64,000 nucleotides of DNA, taken from Octopus bimaculoides (Eukaryota). Made by a program: the position numbers and the translations under genes. This document shows, in pieces, positions 38,166-52,069 of the stretch. The stretch covers positions 79,858,080 through 79,922,079 of the forward strand of contig NC_068984.1 in NCBI RefSeq assembly GCF_001194135.2. Reading direction: 5' to 3'. Position 1 is the first letter of the stretch. Each line of letters begins with the position of its first letter. A model generated the notes under the pieces. It was not told the DNA's origin, did not search any database, and saw nothing but the letters and a program-made list of their open reading frames with translations.

Positions 38166-39779
38166 ACATTCTTTATCTATGGACCCCTTTGATTATTATT
38201 TTTATTCTGATCAACCCCCATAGCTATTCAATGTTTAAAAACTGGTTTCATAGAAACTTCTTTCAAAATTCCTATTTTGGTTTCTTACACATTAACTTGT
38301 GTAAGTTGAACTATGTAACATGTTAGAGAAAGAAACCTAGCTGTTTCTTGCAATACATACCAATACATACATCTAAAGCAAAATTTTTTCAGGGGTTCTT
38401 AAAATGATATTGTGGATCCTCAATTTACTCTTTTATTGTGTCGAACCCCAAAAGTCTTATATGGACCTTCAAGGGCCATATGGACTTTGGTTCAGAATCA
38501 CAGTGTTAAATGGAAACTGAAAGAAGCTCGTGTGTGTGTGTGTGTGTGTGTTTGTCCCACCACTACTTGACAACCAGTGCTGGTTTATGTGCCCATAACT
38601 TAGCAGTTCGGCAAGAGAGACTGACAGTATAAGTATCAGGTTTAAAAAAGAATAAGTACTGGTGGTGATGATGGTGCAATAATTAGCTAATATCAGGGGT
38701 CTTCTATCATAGCATCTGCTCCAACAAAACATGTGTGAAATACAGAAGATAGAAACCATGTAGTAATTTGTTGTACAGACCTTTCATGTTCTTTGGACAG
38801 CAAACTTAATTTCTCACCACTGCCTAACCCCTGGATGCATATAGTCCATCGTGTTGCATGTATTGATGCCAGATCTGTAGTCTGAAGATAACTTCCTTCC
38901 TGACTATCTGCCTGCCTGCCTGCTTGCTTGCTTCCTTCCTTCCTTCCTTCCTTCCATCCTTCCTATCCTATCCTAATGTCCATATAAAAAATACCATGAA
39001 TGCTACCCTTTCATGTCAAAGACAAGTATCCTTAATACAGTTGTTTACGTGCTTTATAGAATTACTGGAGCTTCTTTTTCCACATTGTATTATTTGAAGG
39101 ATATTGGAGCTATTTTTTCAAACATACAAATAACTTTAAAAGAAAACAATTTTACAGTTAGAAATTTTATTATTATTTTTTTAAATATAATAAACTATTG
39201 TTTACTTTGCCTTTTATGAACCATACTTGTGTATAACAACATTATAAATTTTGGTTCTCAAGACTCTTAAATATTAGTATGGATTTTCAAAAGACTTTAA
39301 TTATACTTTTAGAATTACTAAGCTAAAAATGTAGAAAAAAATAATTCAATTATTCTTTTCCTTGTTTTGTTAATGCTACTGTATGTAACAAAATTATGAA
39401 TAACATGTTTTTCAAGGTGCTCTCATATATTTCTATGGATTTTTAAAAAATCTTGAATTATATATTTTTCGAAATTTGCAGTACACTTAGATAACTCATG
39501 CAGTGCACCAATATATTACAGCATGCTAAACATTGTGTGTTGACTGAGATTTAGCTGAGCTGCAACATCTAAGTAGATAAAGAGATTGTACTGAAGATTC
39601 TTTGCCGTGTCATGTTTTAAGCCCCTATTTTATTTCCAGACCACTTAAAACCTGATTGTATTTAATCTTTTTCATACCAGCCCACTTTCTTCTTTTAAAA
39701 TGAACTAAATTAAAATCTATCAAAATTTCATTTTAATTTGTTCCAAACACCAAGATATTTTACTGAAGTTACTATTAGT

Positions 39780-39996
39780 TTAAACCTTTAGTGTTCCAAT
39801 TACTTTGTCACACGTAATGTTTATATATTCACATTGTTTTAAATTAATCACTCATTATCTTGTAAATTCGAGATTTTTATATGATTGTTTAATTTTACAA
39901 TGATATAGGTGTGAGAGACCAGATCTAGCTGGTTTGAATATAAAACAGGTAGAATATTTTGGTCAGATATGGTTGGTTTAAATGCTAAAGAGTTAG
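39780..39996. mobile_element. TTAA-type MITE (copy 3, degenerate ends)
   Basis: Co-linear with 11811-12034; ends aatgctaaagagttag. Confidence 0.75.
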
Positions 39997-40427
39997 ATGT
40001 TTGTGCATTTCAATGGAACTGTTATATCAAAAAAAGTTAAATCAAAATATCAAGGTAAATCTTGTTGCTGCATTAGTGATACTCTGATGTCATTAGGTAA
40101 ATACTTGCCATATGCCATCTGATATTGTTACTATGTGAATATTGTGATTTGAGACTATTTTTTTCCATACCTTTTATTCTATAGCATTTTATCCTTGTTT
40201 AATAAAAATAAAAAAAAACGATACAGCAGATTCAAATTCAGTGTGAGAATCATAGTTACTAACATCATTGTTAAAATATATTTCAGCTTCCTTCGTAACA
40301 ATTAAAACAGGCATTTAGTATGTACATCTTAAAGTAAGACTTCTGACCCTGATCAAAAGAAACAGCCTTAAAAAGGCAGCGAACTCTTATACATACACAC
40401 ACATCAAAGGAACTTTACCCAACTTAC

Positions 40428-40514
40428 TGTAACCAACATAGATCACTCCATCAATAAAGGAGACAGAAATTGGACTTTCCCACCCTGTAACCTTTTTTGG
40501 CAAAATTTCCTTAA
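40428..40514 (-). CDS. Candidate internal exon (VKEILPKKVTGWESPISVSFIDGVIYVGY); alternative acceptor at 40541
   Basis: Perfect donor TTACA|gtaagt and only one open frame. The peptide has a beta-strand-like pattern. The acceptor is weak and I recognise no homolog. Confidence 0.2.
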
Positions 40515-40574
40515 CTAAAATCCCCAAACGTTCACCCAGTACTGGTAAAGTTTGCTTCTTGAGTCATTTCAACT

Positions 40575-40785
40575 CACAAGATCCAGTTTCTTGGTTTCCA
40601 TAGTGTGTATATTCTCCACCTGGATGGGGCACCAGTCTGTCACAGGATTACTCATTTTTGCTAGCTGAGTGGACTAGAGCAACATGAAATGAAGTGTTTT
40701 GCTCAAGAATACAGTGCATCACCTGGTCCTGGAATTGAAACCACAATCTTATGATCATGAGTTCAACACCCTGACCACTAAGTCA
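40575..40785 (-). mobile_element. tRNA-derived SINE family D
   Basis: Minus strand gtgacttagtggtcagggtgttgaactc..ggtttcaattcc..ttcttgagcaaaacac..ccactcagctag. Confidence 0.8.
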
Positions 40786-43226
40786 CCCACCCCCACTCAC
40801 CAAGTACTGAGAGAACAATATACCTCTACAGATAGCAAAGTAAATTAAAGTGAATGAGTTGATTTAAGATTAAAAGAAACCACACAAGACTAAATAAATT
40901 CACTCCAAAGTCTCTGGACAAAAATTCATAAACTCATCTTTGACTCTTACTAAAAATTTAATTAAAACAAATGTAAAAAAAAAAGACATGTATGGAGTAT
41001 CCAAGTCTTCCAATCAAATTCACAAGAACAAGAAGACAGATTACTTGATATGTTCAGTTATAACCTATACCCAGATAATAAAGTAAATGCTAAAAAGAAA
41101 CATAATCATGAAAAAAAATTTAATTTAAGGTTATAGAAAATCCATATTAACACATGAGCATGTTGAAGAATATGTTATTCATAATTTTGTTACATACAGT
41201 ATGATTAAAAAAAATAAATTAAATAATAATTATTTTTCTCAATTTTTTAAAAACTTTAAAACAATTTTTTAAAAGTTTTCATGTGAAGTGCATCAGTAAT
41301 TTAAAATATAATTAAAGTCTTTTGAAAATCCATACTAATATTTGAGTGTCTTGAAAACCGTAATTCATAATGCTGTTATACACAAGTATGATTAATAAAA
41401 GACAAAGCAAACAATGGTTTGCTATATCTTTTATAAAAAAAATCTGAACTGTAAAACTGCTTTCTTTTAAATTTTCCATGTTTCCTTGCAAAACATGTCA
41501 GTCATTTTTTTTTTAACTTTTCACTTAAAATATGACAATGATTTTTGTTTGATCATCATTATGCTATGAAGTTAGAAATATCAGAACTACTGTTTTAATG
41601 TCTCTATTACAGAAATTATCATTCTAAGTTCTAAAACTATAGAACAGCATAGTCAAAATAAATCTGTACAACTAAACTACTGATTTAATTGCTTAAAGGA
41701 CCAAAATCTAAATCTCTTTCTGAATTGCAAGAATTCAAAAGGTTATGGTGATCATTTTCACTTTCTATAGCAACAAATAGATGAGAAGTACAGGTTCTCC
41801 TGGATAGGTGACAAGTCTAATGCAGATATTAAAAAAAAAAATTTTTGACAAAGAAAGTGAAGAACTTAACATTACAATCCTTCATCTAAACACTCACTAA
41901 ATGTTCAATATCACTTTACTAGACCAACAATGGTATGAGCTAATAATGGAACCTCAACATAGTTGTTACTGGTGTTGTTGCTATTGTTGTTGTTGTGGTG
42001 GTAATAGTGGTGTAGATCCATGCCACACCTGCAGGCAGTTCTGACAAGATGCTATCGATCCAAGAGATGGTAGACAGATGAAAGCCATAGGTGGGTAGTT
42101 TTGCTAGGATATTCACAAGTCAGATATGGCTGAATTGTCAAGAAAATGCATTTATATTTGAGAGGAAAAATTGATTTTAGCCAACAAATCTGAAAATATT
42201 TTCTTAACTGATATATAAACACTAAATTTATATTGAAAGAATATTTTTGTGTAGGTAAAACCATTAAAATTGTGAAAGCAACAAGAACTGATGTAAGGAT
42301 TAAAGATTGCTCAAACTTTAAATAATAATGCTTTAAATTGCTGATTGTTAGAATTATTAAAGAACAAAATGAATAAGAAGAAATAATGTTTCCTTTTGGC
42401 TTTTTCTTTTTAAAAATAAAGTACCAAATGCTTCAGGTAAATTTAAATTTAAAAGAGTCAGCTTATAGAATAGTTATATATAGGAATTATTACAATTGCA
42501 TATAAAAATTTATTTAAAAAAGAGAAAACCCTAACATTAGGGAAAATAATAACTCCAGGCAAATATCTATAGAAGCCTAAAATATTTTAAATGGTTTTAC
42601 TTGTGTTAAAATATTCCATAGATTATTTGAGGTTCATGTTTCCTTAGGGGTTATTTGTGGTTCATTTTTTGTTAAAGGATTGCTGCTTCAGTTACAATGA
42701 GGTATTTGTACTTCAGCTATTGAACACCTCTCTTCAATTCGTCACATTCCTCTTTCCTTTAATGCCTCAAATATGGTATGTGACCTGAAGCATAAAGACA
42801 AGTTGTTTACTGAAGCAACTATGGAAAATAATGAAAGCACTCCAATTAATTAAAATGATTGAGATAAGGCCCTTGTCAATCTACATTTCCTCTTGACTGA
42901 CTTGATCTCAATAGAGAACAGCAAATGGAACAACTCCAGTAAAATATACTTTTACCTTTCAACACCTGCTACCAGAAACATTATGAAAATAAAAAGGCAA
43001 AAAAAAAACATAGGAAAGAAAGAAAACAAAATATAAAGGTCTATTAAAAAATCATTAGCATAAATTTATATGCTTAACTGGCTGAATTATTAAGTCATTG
43101 ACTCCTTAGACTACTTACAGTTATGGGGTCAGCTTTGCTTTCATACCTCTGGGATTGGTAAAATAAAGGTGCCTGCTATGTGTGGGGGTTGATCAACTAA
43201 CCATCCACTTTTCTCCCTACAAAACT

Positions 43227-43454
43227 GTCTTGGGCAAGTGTCTTCTACTATAGCCTCAGGCTGACCAAAGCCTTATGAACTGATTTGGTAGACAGAAACT
43301 GAAAGAAGCCCATCCNNNNNNNNNNNNNNNNNNNNNNNNNNNNNNNNNNNNNNNNNNNNNNNNNNNNNNNNNNNNNNNNNNNNNNNNNNNNNNNNNNNNN
43401 NNNNNNNNNNNNNNNNNNNNNNNNNNNNNNNNNNNNNNNNNNNNNNNNNNNNNN

Positions 43455-43493
<39 letters not shown>

Positions 43494-43742
43494 ATGTATG
43501 TGTGTATGTATGTATCTGTGTCTTTGTGTCTGAGTTTGTCCCTGCTATCACTGCTTGACAACCAGTGCTAATGTGTTTATGTACCCCGTAACTCAGTGGT
43601 TTGGCAAAAGAGACCGATAGAATAAGTACAAGGCTTAAAAAATAAACCCTGGGGGTTGATTTGGTCATCAAAAAACCCCCTTTAAGGAGGTGTTTCAGCA
43701 TGACCACAATCAAATGATTGAAACAAGTAAAAGAATAAAAGA
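43227..43742 (+). mobile_element. SINE family A (5'-truncated, gap inside); a further tail copy at 43935-44160
   Basis: CORE-type box cttgggcaagtgtcttctactatagcc plus the tail module. Confidence 0.8.
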
Positions 43743-44167
43743 ATTATTTCATAAGAAGAACCATGATAGGCAGCAATATCTGTTTTGGCATTGCTTCCGT
43801 GGCTGGATGCCTCTACTAACACCCACCATTTTACAGTATGCTAGATGTTTTTGTCATGGCACCACTGCTAGTGAGTTTGCTTTCAACTTACATGGCAACA
43901 TAGCCCAAGGGGTCCCCAATAAATAAAAGTGAATAGGAGATAGAGGTGTGTGTGTGTGCCTGTGTGTGAATGTGTTTCTTCTCCACTACTTGATAAGTGG
44001 TGGTGGATTGTTTATACCCCTGTAACTTTGCAGTTTGGCAAAAGAGAATGATTGAATAAGTATCAGGCTTAACAAAACAATAAGTACTGGCACTGATTTG
44101 TTCAACTAAACACTTCAAGACAGTGCCCCAGCATGGTCACAGTTCAATAACTGAAACAAGTTAGAAG

Positions 44168-44340
44168 TATCGTCGTCGTCGTTTAACGTCCGCTTTCCAT
44201 GCTAGCATGGGTTGGACAATTTGACTGAGGACTGGTGAAACCAGATGGCTACACCAGGCTCCAATCTGATTTGGCAGTGTTTCCACAGCTGGATGCCCTT
44301 CCTAACGCCAACCACTCAGAGAGTGTAGTGGGGGCTTTCA
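44168..44340 (-). mobile_element. Young RTE-tail repeat (family C)
   Basis: cgtcgtcgtcgtttaacgtccgctttccatgctagcatgggttggac..ggatgcccttcctaacgccaaccactc. CpGs are retained. Confidence 0.85.
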
Positions 44341-44397
44341 CACACACACATATATGTATATATACACACATATATATAACATATCCATATATACATG

Positions 44398-44435
<38 letters not shown>

Positions 44436-46687
44436 TATTTATTTATTTATTTATATATAAGTGTGTTGATGCAAANNNNNNNNNNNNNNNNNNNNNNNNN
44501 NNNNNNNNNNNNNNNNNNNNNNNNNNNNNNNNNNNNNNNNNNNNNNNNNNNNNNNNNNNNNNNNNNNNNNNNNNNNNNNNNNNNNNNNNNNNNNNNNNNN
44601 NNNNNNNNNNNNNNNNNNNNNNNNNNNNNNNNNNNNNNNNNNNNNNNNNNNNNNNNNNNNNNNNNNNNNNNNNNNNNNNNNNNNNNNNNNNNNNNNNNNN
44701 NNNNNNNNNNNNNNNNNNNNNNNNNNNNNNNNNNNNNNNNNNNNNNNNNNNNNNNNNNNNNNNNNNNNNNNNNNNNNNNNNNNNNNNNNNNNNNNNNNNN
44801 NNNNNNNNNNNNNNNNNNNNNNNNNNNNNNNNNNNNNNNNNNNNNNNNNNNNNNNNNNNNNNNNNNNNNNNNNNNNNNNNNNNNNNNNNNNNNNNNNNNN
44901 NNNNNNNNNNNNNNNNNNNNNNNNNNNNNNNNNNNNNNNNNNNNNNNNNNNNNNNNNNNNNNNNNNNNNNNNNNNNNNNNNNNNNNNNNNNNNNNNNNNN
45001 NNNNNNNNNNNNNNNNNNNNNNNNNNNNNNNNNNNNNNNNNNNNNNNNNNNNNNNNNNNNNNNNNNNNNNNNNNNNNNNNNNNNNNNNNNNNNNNNNNNN
45101 NNNNNNNNNNNNNNNNNNNNNNNNNNNNNNNNNNNNNNNNNNNNNNNNNNNNNNNNNNNNNNNNNNNNNNNNNNNNNNNNNNNNNNNNNNNNNNNNNNNN
45201 NNNNNNNNNNNNNNNNNNNNNNNNNNNNNNNNNNNNNNNNNNNNNNNNNNNNNNNNNNNNNNNNNNNNNNNNNNNNNNNNNATATATATATACATATATA
45301 TACACATATATACATACACATATATATACATACATACATACATACACATATACATACAAATACAACACACATACATATATACACACATACATACAAATAC
45401 AACACACATACATATATACATACACATGCACACACATATATATATATATTTGTGTATATATATATATATACATATATATATGTGTGTTTGTGTGTGTATA
45501 TATATATATGAATATGCATGCATGTATATGTATGTATGTAATGTATGTATATTGCGTACAATGACATACACGCACACACATTGTCTTTGGTGTATAGTTC
45601 TCTTTCTGTGTGCCTGTATGTCAACACAAAGAAGAACGAATTGTTTGAAACCTATTCAGCTATATAGAATGCATTAATGTTTAAATGTGATTTCATTTAC
45701 GCCTTAGCACATTCTATAATTGTTTGAGGAAGAAGAAAAGGCTATTCAGTTTTCAAGAATGGAAAAGAAAGAAAGAAAGAAAATCAGAGAAGAAAAAGGG
45801 CGAGAGAAAAAGAGTAGGTGTTAGTGGGGGTGTAGATGACAAAAATAAGTATTGAATTGAAATATATCAAATAAATAAAAAATAAAAAAGGTAAAAATAA
45901 AATTGGAAAATAGAACAACAAAACAAAAAGAAAAACAAGAGCGAAATGTTAAGAAAGAATAAAATTGAATGAAAAACTGTTAGAAATATGAAACCCACAA
46001 AAATATCAACAAGAAAGATGGAGGGGAAAATGACAGGAAAGAAGAAAGCTTAATACTTATGTTGATGGTGATGGTGGTAGTGGTGATGATGATGATGAAG
46101 ACATAAAGCTAATGTTTCTTTCATTTAATAAATAAATTGTTGTTTCTTTTTATGTTTCTTTTTCTGTGAAATTGTCATGGTTATTGATTTTCTTTTCACA
46201 TGATGGCTTAGTTCCATGCTGATTTTGGTGTAGTCATTCAAAATAGCAATCCCCTAACATGTTACTGATAAATGTAACAATTATATTTGGACTCCATACC
46301 AGTATGGCCAAGATGTTTGTTTCACAGCCATATATGGTTTTCGGTTCAGTCTTACTGTATGACACCCTTGGTCTAGTATCCTCTGTTCATAGCCACCAGG
46401 CTGACTGATTGCTGCTGTGTGAGTAGAATCTGGTTGATGGTAAATGTGGGCCAAGAATCAGCAAAATTGTTTAGAGCTTGAATACAATGTCTTGTAGTAC
46501 TTGTTTGGAATCTCTGCATTCTGAATTCAGATCTCTTGGGGATAGCTGTGTAGTTAAGAAGCTTGCTTCTGAACCATGTGCTTATGAGTTCAGTCCCATC
46601 ATGCAGCACCTTTGGCAAGTCTGTTCTCAGGCCAACCAAAAGCTTGTGAGTAGATCTGGTAGACAGAAACTGAAAGAAGCACATCTT

Positions 46688-46747
<60 letters not shown>

Positions 46748-47453
46748 TATATATATACACACACACATATATATATATATATAAGTAAATGTTGAACAAT
46801 AAGAATGAGTGCACAACATGGCATTGGAGAATAAAGTTTCTTTATTTGTGTATTAAAGCTACCATTGGTTTCCCTGTTAAGAAAAAATATCTTAGTATCT
46901 TAACAATTTTTGAAGCCAATCACATGGAGGAGTGATATTCATTTCCAAAATGGAGATGAACAACATTCCTCCATGTGATCAGCTTGAAAAATTGTTAAAA
47001 TATGAAGATATTTTTCTTAACATCAGACCAATGGTAGCCTTAATACACAAATACACACACACACACACACACACACACAAACCATAAAGTTAGGAGGTAT
47101 GAGAGATCAATGTATATTTCTTTAACCACAAGACTTCCATAAGATTATGTCTGTTTCACAGCCTTTTTTATGTAATATTGGTTACAAATTCTGGCACAAG
47201 GCCAGCTTCTGCATCTAATATTAGTTTCGGTATAGAAGAAATTATGCATACATGTTTGCATTAATATGTATGCTTGGCATTATATAATACGATTGCATAT
47301 TCACCAGATCTTCTGGACTTTCAGTTACATGGACACTACATTAATTACACTTTTTTGTAATTGATTATCATGTGGACTGATAGCCAAGTCTGCAGAAAGA
47401 GCTTTCTGTGATAAATGCATAATCCTCTCAAACCACATATTTTACTATTCATT

Positions 47454-47497
<44 letters not shown>

Positions 47498-47520
47498 CTT
47501 GTGTGTATGTATGTATCACT

Positions 47521-47935
47521 CAAGGTGGAGGGAAGTTGTGGAAGAGGTTAACCCAGGAAGACATAGGATGGAAGTTCTGAAGGCCGATCTCAAAACACTG
47601 AACCTTACAAAGGAGATGACAGAGGACTGAGATATCTAGTTCATTCCTGTACTTGAGAAGACCTGTCCACCAAAACAGAATTGAGATTCTAAAACCAAGG
47701 TGCCACATAAAAAAGCACTGGTCCAGGTACAACTCAAAAAGCACCTGTGATAGTGCCACATAAAAAGCATCCAGTACACTCTGTAAATTGGTTGATGCTA
47801 GGAATGGCATCCAGCTATAGAAATCAAACCAAGACAGATGATGGGACCTGGATGTGGACCCTAATTTTACCAATCCTTGTCAAACTGCCTGACCCATTAA
47901 GCATAAAGAACAGATGTTAAATGACAATGATAATA
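47521..47935 (+). mobile_element. RTE-clade LINE 3' fragment (RT C-terminal codons plus 3' UTR)
   Basis: KVEGSCGRG*PRKT*D then (+1 frame) EVLKADLKTLNLTKEMTED*DI*, matching the RTE GRGRPRKTW motif. The 3' UTR ends gatgttaaatgacaatgataat. Confidence 0.88.
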
Positions 47936-47943
47936 ATGTATGC

Positions 47944-48001
<58 letters not shown>

Positions 48002-48307
48002 CCTTGTCTAGACATTACATGATGATGGTAAATGAGCATCATATTCATACAAACAGGATTATTTATTTCTAGTCTTCTCTGAAATACATGTCTAGCTAAA
48101 GGAAATTATTACCTTGCATTACCAATGAGAAAACATACATGCATTAATCTTATTCTAATTAACCTTTTTCTAATTATGGTGGGAGTCTCTTTCTAATTAT
48201 GTCAGGAGTCCCTGAATTTCATTCCCCACATATGTGTATGCTTTTTCATTTTCTGTGTATATAGATAAATGTAAATGTTTCGCCAAATAAATTACACTTT
48301 ATGCTTG

Positions 48308-48390
48308 AAGCCCTGATGAAGCTATGAGATGTTATTCAGACATTCAGCTATCAGTCCACTGCATCTTATAGCAGAAACGGTTGAAAGTTA
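48308..48390 (+). ncRNA. Hammerhead-like motif with canonical CUGAUGA core and an 11-bp helix II; degenerate 3' half
   Basis: CTGATGA at 48313-48319; gctatgagatg pairs with catcttatagc around a 30-nt loop; GAAAC at 48374-48378. The 3' part is related to 60407-60518. Confidence 0.4.
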
Positions 48391-50339
48391 ATGAAATTCA
48401 TAAGATCATTGTTTATTTTTTTGTCATCTCAGTTTCTTATTATTGCTCTGCAGCTATTGTAGGGCATCCCCTTCAAGTGCTGCTGCTCATGCAACTTAAC
48501 CTCCCCTCCCCCTTTTTTTGCTAAATCTATTATTTATTCTATCATTCTGTTTTTGCTGAACTGCTAAGTTACAAGGGCATAAAGAAGCTAACGCCAAATG
48601 TCAAATTGTGAAATCCAAACTCAGTGTTAGTTATAAGTTTACATACACACATACAAGGGGGTATTGAAAAGTTCCTAGCTTTAAGGGTATCTTAAAAGGC
48701 CTGATTAGAGGCCCAACCTTCCAAGTATTTTTTTTTATAGGGCTCAGTAAAAATGGACTGCTACAGTGTGTGAATCTGAGAAGGGAATATGTCAATTAAA
48801 ATCATAATTAACTGATCCTCCTGTATTTTCTGTTACACAAAGCCAGGAACTTTTCAGCTCACCACTTCTACATACATACCTATTTGCATACATATATACA
48901 TACATATAATCCTGGAAAAAAGACAAGAAGATCCTGGTTGGAATGTCTTGCCTCATAGATCTGCTCAATCAGGGTTGACCATGGGTTAAACAATTATAAC
49001 ATCATTATATATTGAGCAGCAGAATAGCAAAAATATTGATGCTGAACAAAATTCTTTACAATATTCAGTTACAACATTCTTTATATTTTGAGTTGGAATT
49101 ATTCTTGTGTTTTTGACATGGCCTTTCATTTTCCTCTAGTGTAGATGACATATCTACCTTATATTGATTTAGTGAACTGACCCCTCTGCAACAAATTTGC
49201 AGAATTGATGCCAAAGTTAGAACTAGATAGACACATATACACACATATTTATATATGTGTGTATTCATATATCTACATACATGGACACACACACATGTAT
49301 ACATATATGTGTTTTCACATACACACACATCATCATCATCATCATTTGATATCCATGCATATCATATGTGTGTATGTATATATGTGAACATACACACACA
49401 CACATATACATGTATGTGTAACTATCTATTTATCAATCTATCTATCTATCTATCTATCTATCTACTTATCTACCTATCTGTCTATCAGTTTGTTTGTCTG
49501 TCTGTCTGTCTATCTAAACCCATTTAATATACATACATGCATACATACATATAAGTGTATGTATATATGTGAATGCACACACTCACATACACACACACAC
49601 ACAATAATCATCATCATCATCATTTAACAAACATATGTTCTTCAATATGTAAAAACAAACATTTTTTTTTTGGCAGGTGGGATATTTTAAATATTTATTT
49701 AGATCTCAATTGCTTAAGAAATGATAGATACATGTAATAATAATAATACATATATGTAATAAATATATTACATATATGTATAAATCCACCATTGGAATGT
49801 GTACAATGGTTATTCAAATAAATTCTTTTAAATATTATATTACTCTGTGGATATTTTGCAATATGAACTGATTAACTACTAAATAAATGAGTTTTTTTCA
49901 TAATTCTCATCATTTCCATATTGAGTTTCCATGTTATTGCTAATTGTTTGTGTCTTAAAACATTTTAATACATCTTCTTACCAGAATTTATACCATTTAT
50001 AAACATATATATATATTATATTTCATTTCCCTCAATATATAATTCATATTGCTCTAGCTTTATTTCTTTCTATATTTGTGCAAAACACTTTTGCCGCAAG
50101 GAAAAATGACATGAAAGTATACACCTAAGGGAAATAATTATTTGAGCAGTTCATGAGCATGCAAGATTTTCTTTTTAATAATAAACTGATAGTAAAAGAC
50201 ATAACTGCTGGGCATCCAGAAGAATTATAATTAAAACATATTGATGTGCAAAAGAGCCTCTTATAGAAAAGCCAATGGCAAACTATAGCAGGAGAGGTGA
50301 CAGACGTCATTATAAACAAGTGAGGCTAACCTCTATATA

Positions 50340-50523
50340 TGGTCACTAGAAGTAGCAACCAAATCACTGTCAAATCATTTCCTATTGATTTTAAAAAGAG
50401 AGGACATAGTGGATAATGTAGTCTGGGATGAACTACGTCTCAAAAGACAAGATGGACACGGTTTGTGTGTGACCTTCGGTTGGTTTAATGAAGGCTGATC
50501 TGGGACTAAACATCAGCAACAAC
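50340..50523. repeat. Unclassified dispersed repeat (family F); further copies near 5970, 6410, 10030, 23405, 24355-24565, 28270, 31440-31750, 48930 and 59910
   Basis: Recurrent motifs tgctagaaat(a/g)gcag..aaat and ttgttgtttagccccagatca..ctgat..agcagacctatgatcaaag. Confidence 0.6.
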
Positions 50524-50885
50524 TGCCAACAGATTAGCTGCCTATTGAAACACTACTTAATGGTGTCGTTAAACTTGAATGCGTTACTATATTGGCCACA
50601 GGCTGGGTTAGTTTATGATCTGGAAAAGTTGAATTAGGGGAAGGGTGCATCCCTTGCTTTGGACCTGTTGAGGTTATGCGTTTTGGATGATGATGAAATG
50701 ATAGAAATACAATAAACTCTAACATAGATTACTTGACCAGAAATTAGTTGAAGAGGGAAGGCAACCAAAGATTTTTTTTCTTTTTTGGACTCTTGTACAT
50801 TATAGAATTATGACAATAATATTCAAATTATTGCATTCAAGTTTATTGTGTCACATCACCATGATAAAATGAGTAAAGTATTCAT

Positions 50886-51082
50886 TTCAAATTTTGGCAT
50901 AAAACTAACAATTTCGGAGGGGAGGGGGTGTAAGTCCGTTACATCGACCCCCGTTTTCAACTGGTACTTAATTTATCATGCTCCAGAAAGGGATGAAAGG
51001 CAAAGTTAACCTCAGTGGAATTTGAAATCAGAATGTAAAGATAGATGAAACACTGCTAAACATGCTAAATGATTCTGCCAGC
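50886..51082 (-). mobile_element. SINE family B; other copies at 19100-19225 (+), 30545-30740 (-) and 53560-53700 (-)
   Basis: ggatgaaaggcaaagttaacctcagtggaatttgaaatcag core. Confidence 0.8.
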
Positions 51083-51148
51083 AGGCTAAATGATTCTGAC
51101 CACCCTGAGCTATTTATCATGCTTCAATTTCCTCATATACGTGTCTGT

Positions 51149-51214
<66 letters not shown>

Positions 51215-52038
51215 CCACACACACACAAACACACACCACACACACACATTAAATATGATACACAGATAGCTATTTTAATCTAATACTGCTTCTGTTGCAT
51301 TCTGCCAGGTGCTTTTTGAGTTGCATCTGGACCGGTGTTTTTTTATGTGGCACCTTGGTTTTAGAATGAGTAAAGCATTAATTTTATATCATGAATTTTA
51401 CACCAACAGAGCATATATTTATGCTCTCACACATACACATACAATCTCTCTCTCTCTAACACTCAAACTCACACACACAGCGGCATACTTTGTATGTTTG
51501 TGCATAGGTTTGTCATGCAATAGGTTGAGAATGCCTCATATATTCTTATAAGATTTTGAAGTGGCTCTGTAGTATACTGTGTTTCTTTAATACATTATAT
51601 CTTTAAAAGGAATTCCCCTGGAATGAAATACCATGACCTAAATGTATTTCACAACACACATACATGAAGTATGTGGCATCAACACTGTTTAAATTTTAGA
51701 TCTGTTTCTTTGCCAAAATTTTGTTTTACTTGTGTGTTGTAGTTGCATACCAGTAAATAAACTTTCACCCTATCTGTGTATACATCAAGCCAGCAATTTG
51801 AATTCATCTCCAGAGCAAATCAAGTATATGGCAGTGATAATCTGAAATAACAGTGAAATATTGATATCTGTCTCTGTCATTCATCTCTAGAGCAATTTGT
51901 TTCACCTGCCTTTAAACGGACTTTCCTTGGACAAAATACCACAGTCTAAAAGTGTTTGACAGCACACATACATTAGGTATGTGACATTGATAATGTTTAC
52001 ATTATAGAGCTGCCCTTAACTCAAAATTTGAAGACATG

Positions 52039-52069
<31 letters not shown>

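Noticed and set aside
42052-42790. Exon-like readings (PYLTCEYPSKTTHLWLSSVYHLLDR*, SHTIFEALKERGM*), including a TGA read-through idea
   Set aside because: Short frames with stops, no SECIS-like structure identified and no homology.
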